64,000 bases of DNA from Lingula anatina (taxonomy: Eukaryota > Animalia > Brachiopoda). Positions 48,908 to 63,187 of the stretch are shown here, in pieces. The position numbers and the translations under genes are program-made. The notes beneath the pieces are model-generated. The model searched no databases. It had not been told where the DNA came from and was given only the letters and a program-made list of their open reading frames with translations. The DNA lies in assembly GCA_051362555.1 (NCBI GenBank), contig CM120640.1:51810788-51874787 (forward strand). Reading direction: 5' to 3'. Numbering within the stretch: the first letter of the stretch is position 1; the number at the start of each line of letters is the position of its first letter.

Positions 48908-51900
48908 CTAGAGGATCAGAGAGGCGATACCGCCTCCGAATATTGTACCACCAGCTGGAGCAAGCGCATTCGTATAGACCCCCACATACACAAAATCAGG
49001 GACACAGCCACCAGTTTTGTGCTTGACAAGCTGTAAAAATGCAATCAACAAGAATTTTTAAACTATTGCAAAAAATATATATGGTACAATCAAATTTAAG
49101 TTCTTTGTAAGATAGGTCAAGGGTCAATTTCAAGGTCACAGAAAATTGCCAGTATATGACTTCCTATTCAAGTTCAAGAGTAACTATGGACCTATCTCTG
49201 TCAAGTTTGAAGTTAAAAGAGAAAGAAATTAGCAGAGTTCACTTCATGATAAAAAGTAGGTCAAAGGTCAATTTCAAGGTCACACTTAGATTGCCAGTAT
49301 AGGACTTCCTATTCAAGTTCAATAGTAACTATGGACCTATCTCTGCCAGTTTTGGAGATAAAAAGGAAGCAAAATTTGCAAAATTCAGTTCATGGTGAAA
49401 AGTAGGTCAAAAGTCAATTTTAAGGTCACATTTAGATTGCCAGTATATGACTTCCTATTCAAGTTCAATAGTAACTATGGACCTATCTCTGCCAGTTTTG
49501 GAGATAAAAGGGAAGCAAAATTTGCAAAGTTCAGTTTATGGTGAAAAGTAGGTCAAAGGTCAATTTTAAGGTCACATTTAGATTGCCAGTATATGACTTC
49601 CTATTCAAGTTCAATAGTAACTACGGACCTATCTCTGCCAGTTTTGGAGATAAAAGGGAAGCAAAATTTGCAAAGTTCAGTTCATGGTGAAAAGTAGGTT
49701 AAAGGTCAATTTTAAGGTCACATTTAGATTGCCAGTATATGACTTCCTATTCAAGTTCAATAGTAACTACGGACCTATCTCTGCCAGTTTTGGAGATAAA
49801 AGGGAAGCAAAATTTGCAAAGTTCAGTTCATGGTGAAAAGTAGGTCAAAGGTCAATTTTAAGGTCACATATAGATTGCCAGTATATGACTTCCTATTCAA
49901 GTTCAATAGTAACTAGGGACCTATCTCAGCCAGTTTTGGAGATAAAAGAAGGCAAAATTTGCAAAGTTCAGTTCATGGTGAAAAGTAGGTCAAAGGTCAA
50001 TTTTAAGGTCACATATAGATTGCCAGTATATGACTTCCTATTCAAGTTCAAGAGTAACTATGGACCTATCTCTGCCAGTTTTGGAGATAAAAGGGAAGCA
50101 AAATTTGCAAAGTTCAATTCATGGTGAAAAGTAGGTCAAAGGTCAATTTCAAGGTCACATTTAGATTGCCAGTATATGACTTTCTATTCAAGTTCAATAC
50201 TAACTATGGACCTATCTCAGCCAGTTTTGGAGATAAAAGGGAAGCAAAATTTGCAAAGTTCAGTTCATGGTGAAAAGTAGGTCAAAGGTCAATTTTAAGA
50301 TCACATTTAGATTGCCAGTATATGACTTCCTATTCAAGTTCAATAGTAACTAGGGACCTATCTCAGCCAGTTTTGGAGATAAAAGAAGGCAAAATTTGCA
50401 AAGTTCAGTTCATGGTGAAAAGTAGGTCAAAGGTCAATTTTAAGGTCACATATAGATTGCCAGTATATGACTTCCTATTCAAGATCAATAGTAACTATGG
50501 ACCTATCTCAGCCAGTTTTGGAGATAAAAGAAGGCAAAATTTGCAAAGTTCAGTTCATGGTGAAAAGTAGGTCAAAGGTCAATTTTAAGGTCACATTTAG
50601 ATTGCCAGTATATGACTTCCTATTCAAGTTCAATAGTAACTATGGACCTATCTCTGCCAGTTTTGGAGATAAAAGGGAAGCAAAATTTGCAAAGTTCAGT
50701 TCATGGTGAAAAGTAGGTCAAAGGTCAATTTTAAGATCACATTTAGATTGCCAGAATATGACTTTCTATTCAAGTTCAATAGTAACTATGGACCTATCTC
50801 TGCCAGTTTTGGAGATAAAAGGGAAGCAAAATTTGCAAAGTTCAGTTCATGGTGAAAAGTAGGTCAAAGGTCAATTTCAAGGTCACAGTAAGATTGCCAG
50901 TATATGACTTCCTATTCAACTTCAATAGTAACTATGGACCTATCTCTGCCAGTTTTGGAGATATAAGGGACTAAATGTTATAATTTTGGAGTTACCATAA
51001 TGTGCCTTAAATTTCGTACAGAAAAAATGAATTAAAATAAAGAAAATGTCATTTTGGTCAAAATTCTTGAAATAGGAGGTGCCCTGAAGTTTCAGAAGTT
51101 CAAATTTGATGAAATAATGTCATTTTTGAACACAAGTTGTCTGCTTTGCCAAGCCTTATGTTTTATTTTTCCAGAGTTCAAAATTTATTATCCATTACCG
51201 TACTGCACATTTTGCTTTTACCACCAATATGTACTTTTTGATACAGCGTAACTCGAAAACCGTATGGAATACAAAAAAACCGAGACCACTTCCAGTGTTG
51301 GGCTTTACATGCTCTACAAAATGCAAAAAAGAATGGGTCTCTAGCATTAACGGTTCCCGAATTAGAGACAGTTTTCAGTTTCGGTATCTTATGGCCGCTA
51401 CTCCCGTGAAAATGCACCGATTGACCCCAAATTCATGGAGATGAAAGATGACCTGAAGGGTAACACTTTCCAATAATATTATTGGTTAAGTCTGTATAGT
51501 GTCTGAATAACAGGGCAAAAAAAATTTTTTTCGTAAAAAATTTCATTTTTTTGAAAATTTTGACCCATTTGACCTTGAAGTAAAGGTCAAAGGTCAAATC
51601 CAAGGGTATATTTGAAATCTACACATATGACTTTTGGAAAGCCGTCTATAGAAATTTTTCCCATAACTCCTTCCGTAGGGTAGATAATTAGCATTTAATT
51701 TTGCCATTTTTAGACAAGGGTGCATTGTAATGAGTGCCACACCCAGACCCCAATACCGACAAAGCCCAAATTTTACGTGGAACGAGTTGAGATTATAGGT
51801 GACCTAAATCCATGAGATGGGTACGGGGGCCCTTACCGTCTAGGAGGAGAAGCGGTAACGGTAGCCGTCCGGCGGAGCCGGCGGAGCTGGCGGAGCCGGC

Positions 51901-51960
51901 GGAACGATCCGGACGGGACCGAAACCATGTGTACCGCCAGCGCTAACGCTGGTGGTACAA
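48908..51960 (-). mobile_element. Large non-autonomous Helentron-type element (HINE) carrying an internal satellite array
   Basis: On the minus strand, the 5' subTIR TTGTACCACCAGC (51948-51960) has a partial inverted copy (51930-51942), followed by a GC microsatellite (ggcggagcc, ~51870-51905) and the tandem array. The 3' subTIR is at 48943-48955, then hairpin GAGGCG-atac-CGCCTC (48921-48936) and terminal CTAG (48908-48911) before TT. Confidence 0.85.
49111..50970. repeat. Tandem satellite, 145-146 bp unit, ~13 copies
   Basis: The GTAGG anchor recurs at 49256, 49402, 49548, 49694, 49840, 49985, 50131, 50277, 50422, 50567, 50713 and 50859; the units are near-identical. Confidence 0.97.
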
Positions 51961-53060
51961 TTAACAAAATGCTTAATGGCCATTAAGCCTTTTTTGACTT
52001 TATTTCTATTTCTGACACATTTTGTGACAAAGAACAATTGGCATATCTGTTAATGAGTTTTGTTCTTGTTTGTCAGTATTTTTATCGCCAAAGTATTAAA
52101 ATTCCCTCGTGTTTCTTGACAGGTAACATTCCTGACACAATGAAATGAGTTCCTAGTTAATCTGTCATTTGCAGTTACTTCAATTTGACTTAAAACTTCA
52201 ATGGAAATGTCATAAAAGATTTTTTGGCTTTTATGGCAAAATTCCTGATAGGTTGAGTAATTGCTACTGATTGCATTTTTCCCATCAATTTTTTCCAGGA
52301 ATTGGCCTTCATTTAATAATCACAAATTAGATTTATGGCTCACTATTCCAATTTTGATGTGTCAGAATAGTTTCCAGTACCTTGTCACATACTGCAATTC
52401 AGCTCAATAAGAAATTCCTTCAAATTCTGTAAAATTCAGAAGGGTGTTGTTTAGACAATCTTCTCAGGCTTTTTGACTCGAAGTGAATATAAAACATACA
52501 TTGCACCTCAAGTAAATGCTCCGAAATGCACAGGCTGCATTGACAGTTTAAATCCTTCGAGACAAACAGCTCCTAATAACTTTAGGGTGTGGCATGTTGA
52601 AGCAATCAAAATGATGACAATGTCTCTCATGGAATTGTCAAATTTGCACAATGATTCAATCTCTACCACATGCTCTGGAGACCCAAACCTTGTTATATAT
52701 GCAAACCACAGCACTAATGGACCAAGTAATTCAATAAACCTTGACCATAATTGACTTGTTGTCAATGTCAAAACATAGATCGTGGAGGATAGGGATTTTT
52801 AATAATCACTTAATTATATTGGGCACATGTATTTCCCTCGTAGATGTGCATCAAATTCAAAGTTTCAATCATGCTTATGAATGAATGAACGAATAAGCCC
52901 TCAAAAGAATTTGGGTCCATTTTAATTATCAACACAGTTACAGTGTTTCACATTCAGTAAAAACCAACCCAGAAAATAGATTTCACTCATTCCAACTTTA
53001 TATGCATTTTCAAGAAAAAACGTGTAAAATTACTTTTCATCACTTTTCCCCAAGAAATGT

Positions 53061-53096
<36 letters not shown>

Positions 53097-53782
53097 AGTC
53101 TTCTCAACTTCAGCCATGTGCACGTGGCTAACGATTCCAAGAACAACTGGCCTTGTTTTAGTTTGTCTAATATGCTTCAAATAAAATGGAACTTCTAAAA
53201 CAAACTTCTAAACTGTGAACAGTTATTTTCAGAAAGCTGGGCATGCATTCAAGTGGCCACAGATTGGGGATTAACATTGTATGTAACAACGTACCCAGTA
53301 TGGCTATTTTATGCAGAAAAAGTTATAATTTTCAGTAAACTGGATTGAAAATAAACTTTTTGTAGTGATTTATCTCAGGGGCAGTGTTTTTGACTTTAAG
53401 TAAGATGCTTGAGAATTTGAGCAAGGCAGCCCGCCTCCCTGCTGTGAATGCAAGGTAAACACTAAGTAATATAGTCACCTGGCCAGTCACACTGCATGCC
53501 CAGTTTCGAGGAACGTACGTGGAATCAGTCAGGGTATTCCTGATGTAGAGACCTCAATTTAACCCCTTCCCCATGATCAGACACTGGGCAATATCTGCCA
53601 TTTACTGATTTTCTCCAGCAAACTTTAATTTCATCAATATAGACATGGAGGACAGGAATGACACTTGGTCAGCACAGTTACCTAATCACAACAACCACAA
53701 TTACTGCGCTTTGATAACTTCCTCAGGTTTAATGCTTTGAGACGGATGTTTATGGAGATACTAATTGTTAGATAAAGAGAGG

Positions 53783-53905
53783 AGTGAATTCATTTCTCTA
53801 TAATTGATAAGTAGTGATTTCATTTGCGTATAATTAATAGAGCAGTGATTTCATTTCTAGACAACTAATAGTGTGTTGATTTCATTTTTGAGTATAAATG
53901 ATAGG
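53783..53905. repeat. Degenerate ~31-bp minisatellite, 4 copies (gtgatttcatt core)
   Basis: Seen directly. Confidence 0.6.
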
Positions 53906-54660
53906 TTGTTGAATGAGGCATCATTTGTGATAAGGATAATGTCAGCACCAGTTTTATGCCATAGTGCACTACAGTTTAAATGTTACAGAAAAAAAAAGGA
54001 CAGCAGGTTTTACCAAGTTTTTTTTCCATCTTGAATAATAATAATAATATGTCCTTTGATTATAAATACTACGTATTCAGCAAGTCACATCCCTCCATGA
54101 TCGCTCCATCTGATTTGCTGTTCAGATAACTCATCTTTTTTACATACACATGAAAGAGGATACAGGTCATTAAAATGGTGTAAAATAATATCATTTCCGC
54201 ACTGACATTTTATTCTACCATGATGGCATACAAAATCAATATACATTTAATAAACTTCTCACTGTACTTGCATAGCACATTTGGTTGATGAGAAAAAAAA
54301 AAAAAAAAGAAGCAATTTTATCATTACCAGAACATCTTTCACAGTCTGAATAGGGATAAAATATGTTTCTGAATGAAGATGAAGTTGTCTGATAATTTTA
54401 GATCACCTTCCAGTCACTTTTTCTGCATTAACTGGTTTTCAAATAAACTTCACCATTACCCTAACTGTTTGGAAAGTTATCTTATACTAACATACTACCT
54501 AAATGAAGTCAGAGTTATTGAGATAGAAACTTTTCACAGCAAGAACACTTTTTGACAATGGTAATGACCATGGTAATGACAGAGGCAATATATTCCTGTA
54601 CTACCAAAGTTCTATCATGTATAAGTAGTCAACGTGGTGGACAAAGTTATCCACAACGTC

Positions 54661-56052
54661 TCAGACTCCAAACAGAAGCCGCAGATCTGCCAGGGTCAGC
54701 TTCTGCTTTGCTCCTCCAGCTCTAAAATAAGAAAAACAGAACCATAAGAGAATGCAATCAATAAATTACATTTTATTTTTATATTACAGGAATTTTCTTA
54801 TAATGCAGATTTTTTTTGACATTAAAAGAAGGAAATTGACTTTTTTATTCAATCTAGAAAAGAATTTTGGACGGTTAATTTAATCTTCAGGATTGGATTG
54901 GATTTTGTCTTCAATAATTCCATTTCTAAATGCTGTCTTTCACGATTTCCCTCATTTTCCAAGTAAATAATACCCAAGTTTGCTTTAAAAAGTAATTGGT
55001 AATCATAAATAAATATATTCAACCTATCTAAAATAACTATGAGCTAGGCTTCAACTTCTTGATTCTCAGTGAACATTGCGATTCCTAAAAATCCAGACCA
55101 GATATAGTACCAAGAACAAAACATTTTTCAACTTGGATCTAAGTATGTCTAAAATATCCCATTGTTCACTTTATAACTGATATGACCTACAATAAAGAAT
55201 TGATTACCATACTAATGCCTGATGACTGGGGTGGAAATATTCTTAACACCCAGTCAATAAAGAATCATTGTAGATTAATTAATCTCTTTGTTCAGAGGAG
55301 AAGTTGTAACATGATGCTTTACCCAGGGTTAAATAGACTATGAGTCATTCCAGACAGGTCTTTTGCATTTAAAAGAATTTAGAATACCCAAAAACATTAT
55401 TTGAATATGGATTTTTCTTGCAGGCTTGGGTATCTAAAAACATTCAAATATAGATTTTTGGTCATTTAGTAGACTAACTGGTGGGTTGACACCATTAGGG
55501 AACAACATCTGAAGATAATGAAAATAATCTTTTCGATTACATCTTGAGTGCATTATGACGTTTGATTCGGTATACCAAACAAACTGGAAGAGAACTTTTT
55601 TCCTGTGAGAATGTGGTAGAAAGTCAGAAGGGTAATAAGATAAAGAAGATACAGGAATGGGAGGATGTACATTGGAATCAGCTTCTGGTAATAGGAGATA
55701 CATAGGAAGCACATAGGCCAAAGAAAGGAAGCATAGTGCAACAATACCTAAATGCTAATCAAATACTTATCAAATGGGTTGTTAAAATAGATATAAATAG
55801 CTGCATGTCTTGATAGATTGAAAAGGAAAACTGATCATGATCTCAAGCAATGGTCCCCTGCCCATATATTTTTGGCTAAATATTGATGGTTTCCCCTGGC
55901 TCAGAAAATCACCTGCCAAAAGTTTTCTCCTACCTTGATAGTATAATTAACAGATACAATCTACTTACCCTGCCAGAACATTCTTTGCAAGGGAGAGCTT
56001 TCTTTTTTGAAGTTCAACAATCTTCTCCTCAACAGTGTTTTTACATATAAAT
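54661..56052 (-). CDS. TTF2: Transcription termination factor 2 / lodestar (SNF2-family helicase), last two coding exons; the rest of the gene is apparently beyond the window
   Basis: Exons 55969-56052 and 54661-54721 splice in phase to FICKNTVEEKIVELQKRKLSLAKNVLAGAGGAKQKLTLADLRLLFGV*, matching the characteristic TTF2 C-terminus (..KLTLADLRxLFGI). A candidate AATAAA lies on the minus strand near 54209. Confidence 0.88.
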
Positions 56053-59000
56053 CTGAAAATAAACATTCAAGTTCTTCCTTACATCAAAAGAAGAATAAGT
56101 GTGTGTGTGTGTGTGTGTGTGCATGTGCGTGTACTATTTACTGGAAAGATATAATGATGTATCGCAAGATATAACGCGTCATTATTATATCCTCCCAGTA
56201 TCACTGGTCTGAGCCCTCTCTGTGAAGATGTCCTACCACTCCAGTATTTTATAGAAATTATATATATTATTAACTTACTAGTATGTAAAACTCAATTTGT
56301 CTGCTAAGAGTCCAGTACCATGGTTAATTGAATTTTGTGGAAAAAAATTACTTCACATCATGAAACTATGTGTGCATAAGGGGCAACTTTTTCTATCTAC
56401 CCAAGGCATACTCATGTCTACTCAGCATACAATGTGTACAATGTGCTGGTAGAGATGACCAGCTAGTGTATCTCTCAGATTGAGAGATGTCTAGCTGAAC
56501 ACAGCAAAATCCCTTCATAACCAATTACTGTCTTACAAACATACTTTTATATATCACTCTACACAAACCAACTGGCAACCTCCATATACTAATGCCAAAA
56601 TAATACTTCTAATGTTCAACTAAGTAGTCTTAACTGAAGTAACATTTCAAAAATAACTCATAAGTAATGAGAAAATCTACGGTTTCTGACATCATTAATC
56701 TTATAGGAAAAGGTTTCAAACCCTTACATCTTACACTATGTGCGTCTTGTGCCTCACATTTTTACCATTGACAAACCTGACATTTATATGCACCTCATCA
56801 AACTGTAATGCAAGTTATCTCCAGTAATTTACCTACTGTATCTCCCTTTTATGATTTAACAGTTTTGAAAAGATAAGCTTGTATCTTTTTCTCTACTGCC
56901 TGAACAATACTGATTAATCACAGCCATTTTATCATCGTGGCCTTTTTACAAACACTTTGTTTTAGAAAGCTTTTTAGATATTCATTTTCAACAATCAATT
57001 TTTATCAGTAATCTTAAGTTCCTAAAAAGCCCAGTTAGAAAAAAAAAAAAGATTTTTATATTTTGCAAAGGTCTGAGCATGATCTAAAAAAATTCAATCT
57101 TCTCTCTTCTTTAGAAGTCTCATGCATCTGCATGACGCTAACAAATCTGGTAATGTGCTACATCAGAGGTGACTTTATCAGTGATTTAGAAATGATATTT
57201 TGTCACTTTGAACTGACAGGAGACAGGCCGTGCTGTGATTGTGATCTCTGATTCCAGCATTTCATGCTGTTATATCATGCCCTACTGCAGTACTATAGTC
57301 TTTAGCCCTCATGTCTTGTTAGATATCAATCCATCTTCACAGCCAAAAGCCACAGAAGTGGCAGTATTGTGGTAAAAACATCTCTCACTGAGGATTACAC
57401 CACAAAACCATTAATGCTTGATAGAGCTTCTTCATTTCATGACAGTTTAAAAGTTTAATTCCTGATTTCTTGACCTTCAAAGATATTATGTGTTGCTTAA
57501 AGCGTTTCTATAAAGAAACCCAATCAATAATCATTTTACAAAGTAATAAATTGATATCCATGTTGGCCTTTAACATTCTTTTGAATTCTTGAGTTTCATC
57601 AGCCCATACAGGTGTGCCTTGCGTTAATTGTTTTTCCAAATCACAGACAAATCCTTCAGAAACAAAACATTGATTTATTGCATTCAACTACAGATAATCC
57701 AGCAGCAAAACAAATGCCCACCCCACCCCCCCAAAAAAAGCAGCAACTTCCTCTTTTAAGGTGGTAGTACAAACAGTATGTAGTTATTCTATAAACAAAT
57801 AGATATTTTTATTCTCCTTATAGAGAGTTAAAGACAATCAATTTACAAACTGACATGCCACACTCAATCACCATAGGGACCGTTCATCTGACATGTGTCA
57901 ACCCATGCATTAAATGATCCCATACATAGTTATCATAGTTTGAATGATCTGTGTCACTGTCTGATTGAAAAAATTCAGGTTGACAACCAAGATTGCTTCT
58001 AGTCTTACACTTTGAATCAAGACTTTACCAAATCAATTCACCATTAGTAAGAAGGAGCAATTTTTCGGCTTTGGATCTGCCTCTTACCCCCAGCTGGTGT
58101 GAAATCAAGTGTGATTTCAGAGAATTTGGAGGAAAGTAGGTTAAAAAATAATGGCAGACTAGCCAGTGTGGTGCAGCAGTGAATAAATGCTGTCAGAATA
58201 TATCCATAAATACTTTTTCTGGTTGTCAAATTACAGTCTACTGCAGATCAGTACAAATTTACCACATTTTCTTTGTTATTTTTGTATTGCTTTTTCAACA
58301 TTCCTGGCACAAAGAGGTTCACTTTGATTGTTAAAAAGTTAACCTCACATTACGTGAATACTCGTGTTTTTTCTAGTCAAGTCTCACAATGTAGTGACCC
58401 CCATTTAACAATGATGGTTCACATGACTTATTTATATCACATGGCCTAGGTATCTTTTCACTGTGAATAACTTGTCTGATTCCTAACAGAATCATCAAAT
58501 TTTGGATTAATCTAATTGGCTAGTGGACCCATTGCCTATCAAAGCCAGTTTCCCTGTAACCACATTAGTGTGTTGGCAATACAATGAGACCAATCTTCTA
58601 CCTGTCAGTTATTATGGGTTGACGCTCTTTCTCAGACTTGCTTCTCATGAGAAATTGGCTATTTGAGGTGAAAAACTAACCAATATAGAGGCAATAAAAC
58701 CAAAAGATGGCCTCAGAAAACACTGAACATTTTAACTGAGGCAATGGTCTCTTCATCTGCTGGAAAAACCAACAGGACATATAACCTTGGGACTCCTTGA
58801 ACTTTACCATTTCATTTCTCATTTTTTTGGAAAGACTAATAACCCGAACTTTATTTGTTCATCCTTTTCATGGTGATCAATACCTGAAATTAATAACGTT
58901 TCATTCTGACCTGATCTGTACAAGGGGAATATGAAGGATGCTGTCAGACTAAATCCATAACTGTCATTGGCATGATGAGATTTAAATTTGTGGCTTAGTA

Positions 59001-62000
59001 TGTGCAGGCTATTTTAAGGTAAATATATAAAGAACACTTTTATAAGCAAAAATGCAAGTTTCTCAAATTAAATTATAATAGGAAAAATACAGTAGCAGAT
59101 TATTTCTACATACAAATCTGTTAAAAGCCAATTTATCATTACTGGACCAGGTGACGTTTATCCACATATTCATTATTACTAAACAACCAAAAAATGTAGG
59201 TATGGGTATGTAAATTGCATTCATCAGGTAGATTAGACAAGTGGCAACACTTCATCCAGTTGTTTTACATGTTATGGTGGTCCAAATCATCAAATGTTAT
59301 AATGCCAGGGTTCACTGACTGTCTCATAATTAGTCAATGCAGACAGCACTTGTGATTCTAGCATTGAGTAAATGTCAAATCATGCATGTAACATTCATGG
59401 AGCATCAACCGATGTACAGTAACAGGTCAGCGAAAAGCTAGACTCATAAATGCTAATTATTATTGTAAAAAAGACCTTATTTTTATCATATGCATACCAG
59501 ACTAGTCTAGTTGAATGGATTTTCTATCAAATTTACAAATCAAATATATATCTGTCAACAAAATCCATTGTCAGTTACAGCACAAAAATTAAGATGGGCT
59601 GCAATTTTTTCCTTGTCAAAATAACAATAGCCACTTGAATTTTAAATCTATTTTATATCCAGCTAATTTCTGTCCGATTGTAACAACTAATGGGCAGCCT
59701 TGCTGACATTCAAAGCAAGTGTAGCAGTAAAGTCAAATCCTCAAAATATCTGATGATACTAATGACAAAACCACTAACTTAATCAAAGTGACCTTTAAGA
59801 CTTAAGTAGGCATTAGTTGTCCAGGCACTGAAAAGATGACATTTGGTAGTGTCCGGTGATATAAGGTGTGCATTAATACCAAGGAAATGCTACACCAAGG
59901 TACAGCCAATCTGAACACAGCAACTGCCTTTTTTAAGTCAAACTTCCGTTTTTACTTCTATTTATCACTGAGGTGCTTACAGTCACCATTTCAAATCTGC
60001 AGTACCACATTCAAAAGTTAAAGATATCTGAAACATCTATCCAAGGAATCTTAACTAATTTTGCCTATTGTTCAATTCTTAGTCACCAATGACGTGCTAG
60101 TTAGGAGTCTGGGTACTTAAATGCCAAAATGCCAAACAACAGGCAGCACTAGAGTGAAAAGCTCTCCTGTGCATTATTTATCTGCAAATGTGATCAAAGT
60201 GAAGGGTGGGATTACAAAAGAAATCAATCCGATTTACTATGAATTCATTTATTTAATGCTGGTTGAGACATTCCAGGAAGTGATGCTCAATTTATTTGAC
60301 AAAAATACAGTTTTTCCTTGATTAATGCCACTTCAAAGTTTGGTTACTTCTATAATTAGAGTGTTATGGGCTTCTCTGGAGTCTTTAAGGGGAAAACACA
60401 TGATTCTGCTACAGATATTTCAGGGTGCTTCTAGACTGATGATTTTCAATAAATATTTCAAGAGTCATTCACCTCTTCTCCGGACATTATACATTTAACT
60501 ATAGTCTTTGTGATGAATATAAATATATATCTATACTCATCACAATGACTTCAAGAAGAAATTCACATTCTATTCTCTCATCTTTTTCAAACAAAGCTCT
60601 AGTTATATTGTACCAAACAAGAAACAAAGCTGTGGACCTTATTACCTGAACAAAAGTCAACCCTGTACAAACTCCTTTCTTCAAAACATTACGCAGAAAC
60701 AATTAATTTTAATATGGCTATTTTCATTTACAACGAAACAGACAATATGAGAATGATCATCAATTTAATCCATGAGAAGAGAATCCCCAGTAGAGAGGGT
60801 GCAGTGTGATGATTATAGTAGAGATTTATATCCCAAGCCTACAGACTTATAAGCAACATAAATCACCTTGCCCATCATCTTTGCCTCCTTCCAAAGATAC
60901 GCAGAATACCATGAGGTCCAACAAAACACTTAAATTTACCTCTCAAGGATCTTATGCCATACTTGACCCATCATTAGTTACCCTTACACGCTACTGACAT
61001 TCCAAAACAATGTACTGACCAAATGGCAAGATATCAGTGTGCCTTGCTTTGTATTTCAGCAATTTACTGGCAGGTATAATTTTACTGATCCATTTTACAG
61101 CTTTATCAGTTATGCCAGAATCAATAACACAAACGGTTAACCTGGAACCCTGAAATATAATTTGCCTAACAATCTTCAAGCATCTTTCATCAGCAGTATG
61201 AAAAAGAAATTTCCGAGTCAAAAAGAGGAAAATTTACAGATGTTTTTCTGGTCTATGTCACATCAACATTAGGTAACAAAGGCTCATGAATCAAAACATT
61301 AGCTCTCATCAGCCTAATGCAATTTCTCCCAAAGAGTTCATCAATCAAAATATGTTTGAAAGTCATTCTGAAAGAAACAACAAAATGCGCAGACCTTAGA
61401 AATAAGGCTAATGGAATTTGGACAATAACTGTTTGAGGGAAGACCAAAAAAATCAATCTTCTTTGGCATTAGCTAATGATAGATTTTGAAATTATCGAGA
61501 GGTTCAGAGAGGCATGGATCAACTGAGTCTGTTCCAACATTTATGTCAGTGCATTTAAACTAGACAAGAACAAACGCAGTGACAAATGGGAAGCAAATTG
61601 TTATATCTTTTGAGCTATGTAAAACAAGCTCATTTCTAATTAGGCCCCAAAAGCAGGTCCAAAGTTGCAATTAAGGGAATTCATTATTTCAATATAGGCA
61701 AATATCTGTCCGTTCAACTCTAGTAGTGATTATCCGACGTGTCTCATGGTTTCTTCAGGGATAACCATCCTAAAGCCCCATAAATGATAATTGCTGTTTG
61801 CTATCATGAACCACATAATATTGGGAACACAAGTGCCCAAATTAACGACTCGAGCCACAATTTCAGTGCACGAACGTAAACTTAGTAACCACAGCATCCA
61901 TAAGCATGGAAAATTTGGTCAAATTCATCGGTGTCTCTGGCTGTACATATAGGGCTTCCTTTATTTAACACAAGACTTTTCAATGGCGGAGGATACGAAA

Positions 62001-62649
62001 AGCAGTATGTTAGAGCCTTCAGAGATTCAGAGATCGTTTCTATCAACTAAAAAATATGTTTTTATGGATTTGCTTTATTAATTATACAAGAACATATAAA
62101 AAGTCTAAAATCAAACTAATGTATTCCTATCATCTAGTATCCACACTGCAATTAACACTTGTGCTCTTGACAATCTCGTCACAAATGAAATGTAGCGAAC
62201 AGGTAGGTAAGTGGACTTGCAGTTCGTGTTTTGTTGTGCGTGATGCACGTGGCTGCTAATTTACATTCATGTTATGAAATCTAGCTTGAGTCATTAATTT
62301 GGGCATTCCTTTTCACAAATCTAGGTATGAGTTCGCAAACGGCTAATCTGTCTAGATGGCCTGATTCTACATGCCAGGTACTAAAGTTGATCATCTTCAA
62401 AAGTTATGCAACTTAATTTTAACATACAAACAAGTATCAAGAGTATGTATAGAGAAGGTTGCCAGACAAATATTATTCTCTCCCAATCTGAAAAGATTTG
62501 CCAGGTTCAAACACAGACCTCTAAATATGATGCTATTGATGCTTCTCAAGGAGTTACCAAGGATATTGAAACCAATGCTAGAGGTCAAGGTCAAGGAATG
62601 TAGAATATGCAAAGCACAAAGGTCACTTACTTCCACAGATGGCCTCTAG

Positions 62650-63187
62650 TACCCCATTCACACTACAGTCATTTATTCGAATAAATAGCGAATTAGGTCC
62701 CGATTCGAATAACTGTATTAGTCTGAACGTGTGAGGATTTTTGTAAAGCGGATTTTCAAAATCCTGCTAGCGAGCTGGATTTTCTTCAGCGATTCGAATA
62801 ACTTACCGGAATCGACACCTGTACAGATCTTACTGCGCATGTGTGCAGATAAGTGCGGGTATCTATGAATGCTTGTTTATTACTTAAGTGATTGCACCAA
62901 ACATATTTGGAGGTCACCACTCACTACAACATAAGAAGAATAACTTATTTTGCCATATACTTCCCAAGAATGCTGGAATGTCTTTTGAGTTGCATTTGCC
63001 GTCACACATTTTTGTTGGTATTTGAGTTTTCCTGTGCAGCGCATGCGCGAGTGTTCAAAACAGAAAGTTAAACCTGAAATTTTCAACGTGGGATTCACGA
63101 GTGTGAACGCAATACCGAATCGAATTCCTCATGAAAAATTTGAATTATAGAAATGTGCATTTTTGCAACTGTAGTGTAAATGGGATA
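62650..63187. mobile_element. MITE, PIF/Harbinger-like, with 3-bp TSD
   Basis: TIRs TACCCCATTCACACTACAGT / (rc) TATCCCATTTACACTACAGT match at 18/20, with TAG duplicated at 62647-62649 and 63188-63190. It is CpG-rich relative to the host intron. Confidence 0.8.

Noticed and set aside
49885-50709. Repeated 80-aa ORFs; CRISPR-like or coding interpretation of the array
   Set aside because: Units are contiguous and near-identical with no unique spacers, frames shift between units, and the array lies inside a HINE in a eukaryotic genome.
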